A stretch of DNA of 64,000 bases, from the NCBI GenBank assembly GCA_012270865.1, contig JAAXHL010000014.1, positions 26,860-90,859 of the forward strand, in the 5' to 3' direction. The DNA is from Candidatus Poribacteria bacterium. GTDB taxonomy: Bacteria; Poribacteria; WGA-4E; WGA-3G. Each line of letters begins with the position of its first letter. Within the stretch, counting starts at the first letter, position 1. The notes beneath the pieces were generated by a model. It ran no database searches. It had not been told where the DNA came from and saw only the letters and a list, made by a program, of their open reading frames with translations. Shown one piece after another: positions 61,987-64,000 of this stretch. The position numbers and the translations under genes are program-made.

Positions 61987-62508
61987 ATGCGTCAAGATAA
62001 ATCCAAGGATCAATCTCAATCCGTGGAGCGAGACCATAGTGATGTCCTCGAACTCGTTGAGCAGTTAGCAGAGGTGCTTGACCGTGCTAATCTCACGGAA
62101 GTCCGCATTCGCGACAACGAATTTGAAGTGCAAGTTTCAAGGAATCCCGCTACCTCGGTCGGTATTAACCCGTTTCCATCGCTACAAGCACCGGACATAG
62201 GCACAGCATCCGGGGCTTCAGGTCTACCTGCTGAGCAGACAGATGATAGCGGTAACGCCCAAGAAGGGAGTGCTTATATCAGTGCGCCGATGCCGTCACG
62301 TTTCTATCGCTCTCCTGCGCCCGATGAACCCGCTTTTGTAGAAGTCGGGGACACTGTGAGTGCGGGCGAAGCTGTAGCCGTACTCGAAGTGATGAAGACT
62401 TACAACCCCGTGGAAGCACCCTTTAACTGTGAGATTTTAGAAATTCTTGCTGAAGATGGAGACGCGGTTGAATACTCGCAAGCGTTGTTCCGAGTGAAGC
62501 AGCTGTAG
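61987..62508 (+). CDS. accB: biotin carboxyl carrier protein of acetyl-CoA carboxylase
   Basis: C-terminal biotinyl domain ...VAVLEVMKTYNPVEAP...G.ILEI. Pro/Ala-rich linker. Located upstream of accC. Confidence 0.85.
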   Translation: MRQDKSKDQSQSVERDHSDVLELVEQLAEVLDRANLTEVRIRDNEFEVQVSRNPATSVGINPFPSLQAPDIGTASGASGLPAEQTDDSGNAQEGSAYISAPMPSRFYRSPAPDEPAFVEVGDTVSAGEAVAVLEVMKTYNPVEAPFNCEILEILAEDGDAVEYSQALFRVKQL

Positions 62509-62574
62509 ACGTGATGAACGTCCATAACAGTCCTTTCGGGCAAAAAGTGGGAATCAGGATTGAGAATACAGAAC

Positions 62575-63933
62575 ATGATAAAAAAGATACTCATAGCAAA
62601 TCGCGGAGAAATCGCCGTCCGTATTATCCGAGCATGTAAAGATATGGGGATAAAAACGGTGGCTATCTTCTCAACAGCGGATGAAGAGGCGTTGCACGTT
62701 AAACACGCAGACGAAGCGTACTGCATCGGACCGCCACCATCCACAGAAAGTTACCTCAAATATGCGAATATCGTTGCCGTTGCGGATTTCGCGAACGTCA
62801 ACGCTATCCATCCAGGTGTCGGGTTCCTCGCTGAGGACGCTCAATTTGCTGAAATTTGTGAAGCACACGAGATAAAGTTTATCGGTCCCACGGTCACGAA
62901 TATAGCAACCATGGGGGATAAGGTAAAAGCACGCGAGACCGTGGCAAAAGCAGGTCTAAAACTTGTTCCCGGTAGTCAAGGCGGTAGACGCAGAGGCAGC
63001 AAAAAGGGTACCGTCGATACTACCGAAGAAGCGGTGCAGCTTGCAGAGAAGATAGGCTATCCGGTGGGCATCAAAGCGGTTGCCGGTGGTGGCGGACGTG
63101 GTATCCGAATCGCAGAAAACCGTCCGAGCCTACTAAGCCTTTTCCATACGGCGAAAGCGGAAGGCGAAGCCGCTTTTGGAAACGGGGATGTCTACATCGA
63201 AAAATGGATTGAAGAGGCACGACATATTGAAGTCCAGATTTTAGGAGATACGCACGGAAATGTCGTCCATCTCGGAGATCGTGAATGTTCCATACAACGT
63301 AAACAGCAGAAACTACTTGAGGAAGCACCCGCCGCTTCCATCTCATCTAAACTTCGCTCGGAAATGTGTAAAGCCGCAGCTAAAGCTGCAAAAGCGATCG
63401 GCTACGTAAACGCTGGCACCGTCGAGTTTGTCCTCGATAAAAACGATAACTACTACTTCTTGGAGATGAACACTCGGATTCAGGTCGAACACACTATCAC
63501 GGAATGCATCACCGGTATTGATTTGATTAAAGAACAGATACGACTCGCAATGGGTGAGCATCTCGGATATAGTCAATCTGATATCCAACTCAAAGGACAC
63601 GCCATTGAATGTCGAATCAATGCCGAGGACCCTGCGAACAACTTCATGCCTTCACCGGGTCTGGTAACCGCCTATAATCCGCCCGGCGGTATCGGAATTC
63701 GGGTTGATGGTTACATCTATACCGGTTATACCGTGCCACCGCATTACGATTCGCTCGTGGCGAAACTCATCGCAAGTGGTAGAGACCGAGAGGAAGCGAT
63801 TTCTCGTCTACAACGCGCCTTGTCCGAATTCCAGATTGAAGGCATAAAAACCACAATTCCGCTCTATCAAGACATCCTCCATGATGAACGCTTTCTCAAC
63901 GGCACCATTTTCACGAACTTTTTAGAAAAATGA
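62575..63933 (+). CDS. accC: acetyl-CoA carboxylase biotin carboxylase subunit
   Basis: Motifs MIKKILIANRGEIAVRIIRAC, ...GGGGRGIR... and EMNTRIQVEHTITE. ATG 62575 preferred over TTG 62560. Confidence 0.93.
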   Translation: MIKKILIANRGEIAVRIIRACKDMGIKTVAIFSTADEEALHVKHADEAYCIGPPPSTESYLKYANIVAVADFANVNAIHPGVGFLAEDAQFAEICEAHEIKFIGPTVTNIATMGDKVKARETVAKAGLKLVPGSQGGRRRGSKKGTVDTTEEAVQLAEKIGYPVGIKAVAGGGGRGIRIAENRPSLLSLFHTAKAEGEAAFGNGDVYIEKWIEEARHIEVQILGDTHGNVVHLGDRECSIQRKQQKLLEEAPAASISSKLRSEMCKAAAKAAKAIGYVNAGTVEFVLDKNDNYYFLEMNTRIQVEHTITECITGIDLIKEQIRLAMGEHLGYSQSDIQLKGHAIECRINAEDPANNFMPSPGLVTAYNPPGGIGIRVDGYIYTGYTVPPHYDSLVAKLIASGRDREEAISRLQRALSEFQIEGIKTTIPLYQDILHDERFLNGTIFTNFLEK

Positions 63934-64000
63934 TTTTTAAATGTTCGCGAGGCACTAAGCAGACGATTTCTTCAATTACCGTTCCGGTTTTAGAATCGCA

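Overview
This 64-kb window is gene-dense and roughly 50% G+C by eye. It looks like a chromosomal segment from a Gram-negative heterotroph. The gene content is sulfatases plus a formylglycine-generating enzyme, three PhyH-type dioxygenases, DUF1080, Gfo/Idh/MocA, SMP-30, MORN-variant lipoproteins and HEAT/PDZ lipoproteins. That mix reminds me of PVC- or Poribacteria-like genomes, but the taxon is only a guess. Core genes I recognise are two amt ammonium transporters, trpF, mutY, purL, purQ, rph, rdgB, efp, accB and accC. I also recognise a Ski2-like helicase, an RsbW/RsbV/GAF-PP2C partner-switching module and a DUF58/BatA-vWA pair. I did not recognise any rRNA, tRNA, CRISPR array, integrase or transposase. 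The most interesting region is a minus-strand accessory island at about 33.3-42.3 kb, between purLQ and a Gfo/Idh/MocA oxidoreductase. It holds two paralogous minimal UvrD-type SF1 helicases. Each carries an I-TevI-class GIY-YIG nuclease core inserted in the N-terminal RecA lobe. An 82-aa coiled-coil tail-anchored protein separates the two helicases, and a 641-aa polytopic membrane protein follows them. Flanking the island are MazF with an aberrant MazE-like gene, HigB/HigA, a hicA remnant and an orphan hicB. One helicase gene sits in a clearly AT-rich block with its own extended -10 promoter and a perfect 3 x 15-bp tandem repeat in its leader. I propose this island as a candidate undescribed helicase-nuclease defence locus. 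The second notable signal is a dispersed family of palindromic intergenic repeats with 7-nt periodicity and shared internal hairpin modules, found in at least 12 intergenic gaps. Smaller observations are a ~95-nt leader cassette shared by unrelated genes, a perfect sigma54 promoter ahead of a porin-like/amt/amt operon that lacks glnK, and an ECF-sigma gene fragment. All calls come from reading the ORF translations and the DNA by eye. No database search or computation was run, and the repeat coordinates were hand-counted.
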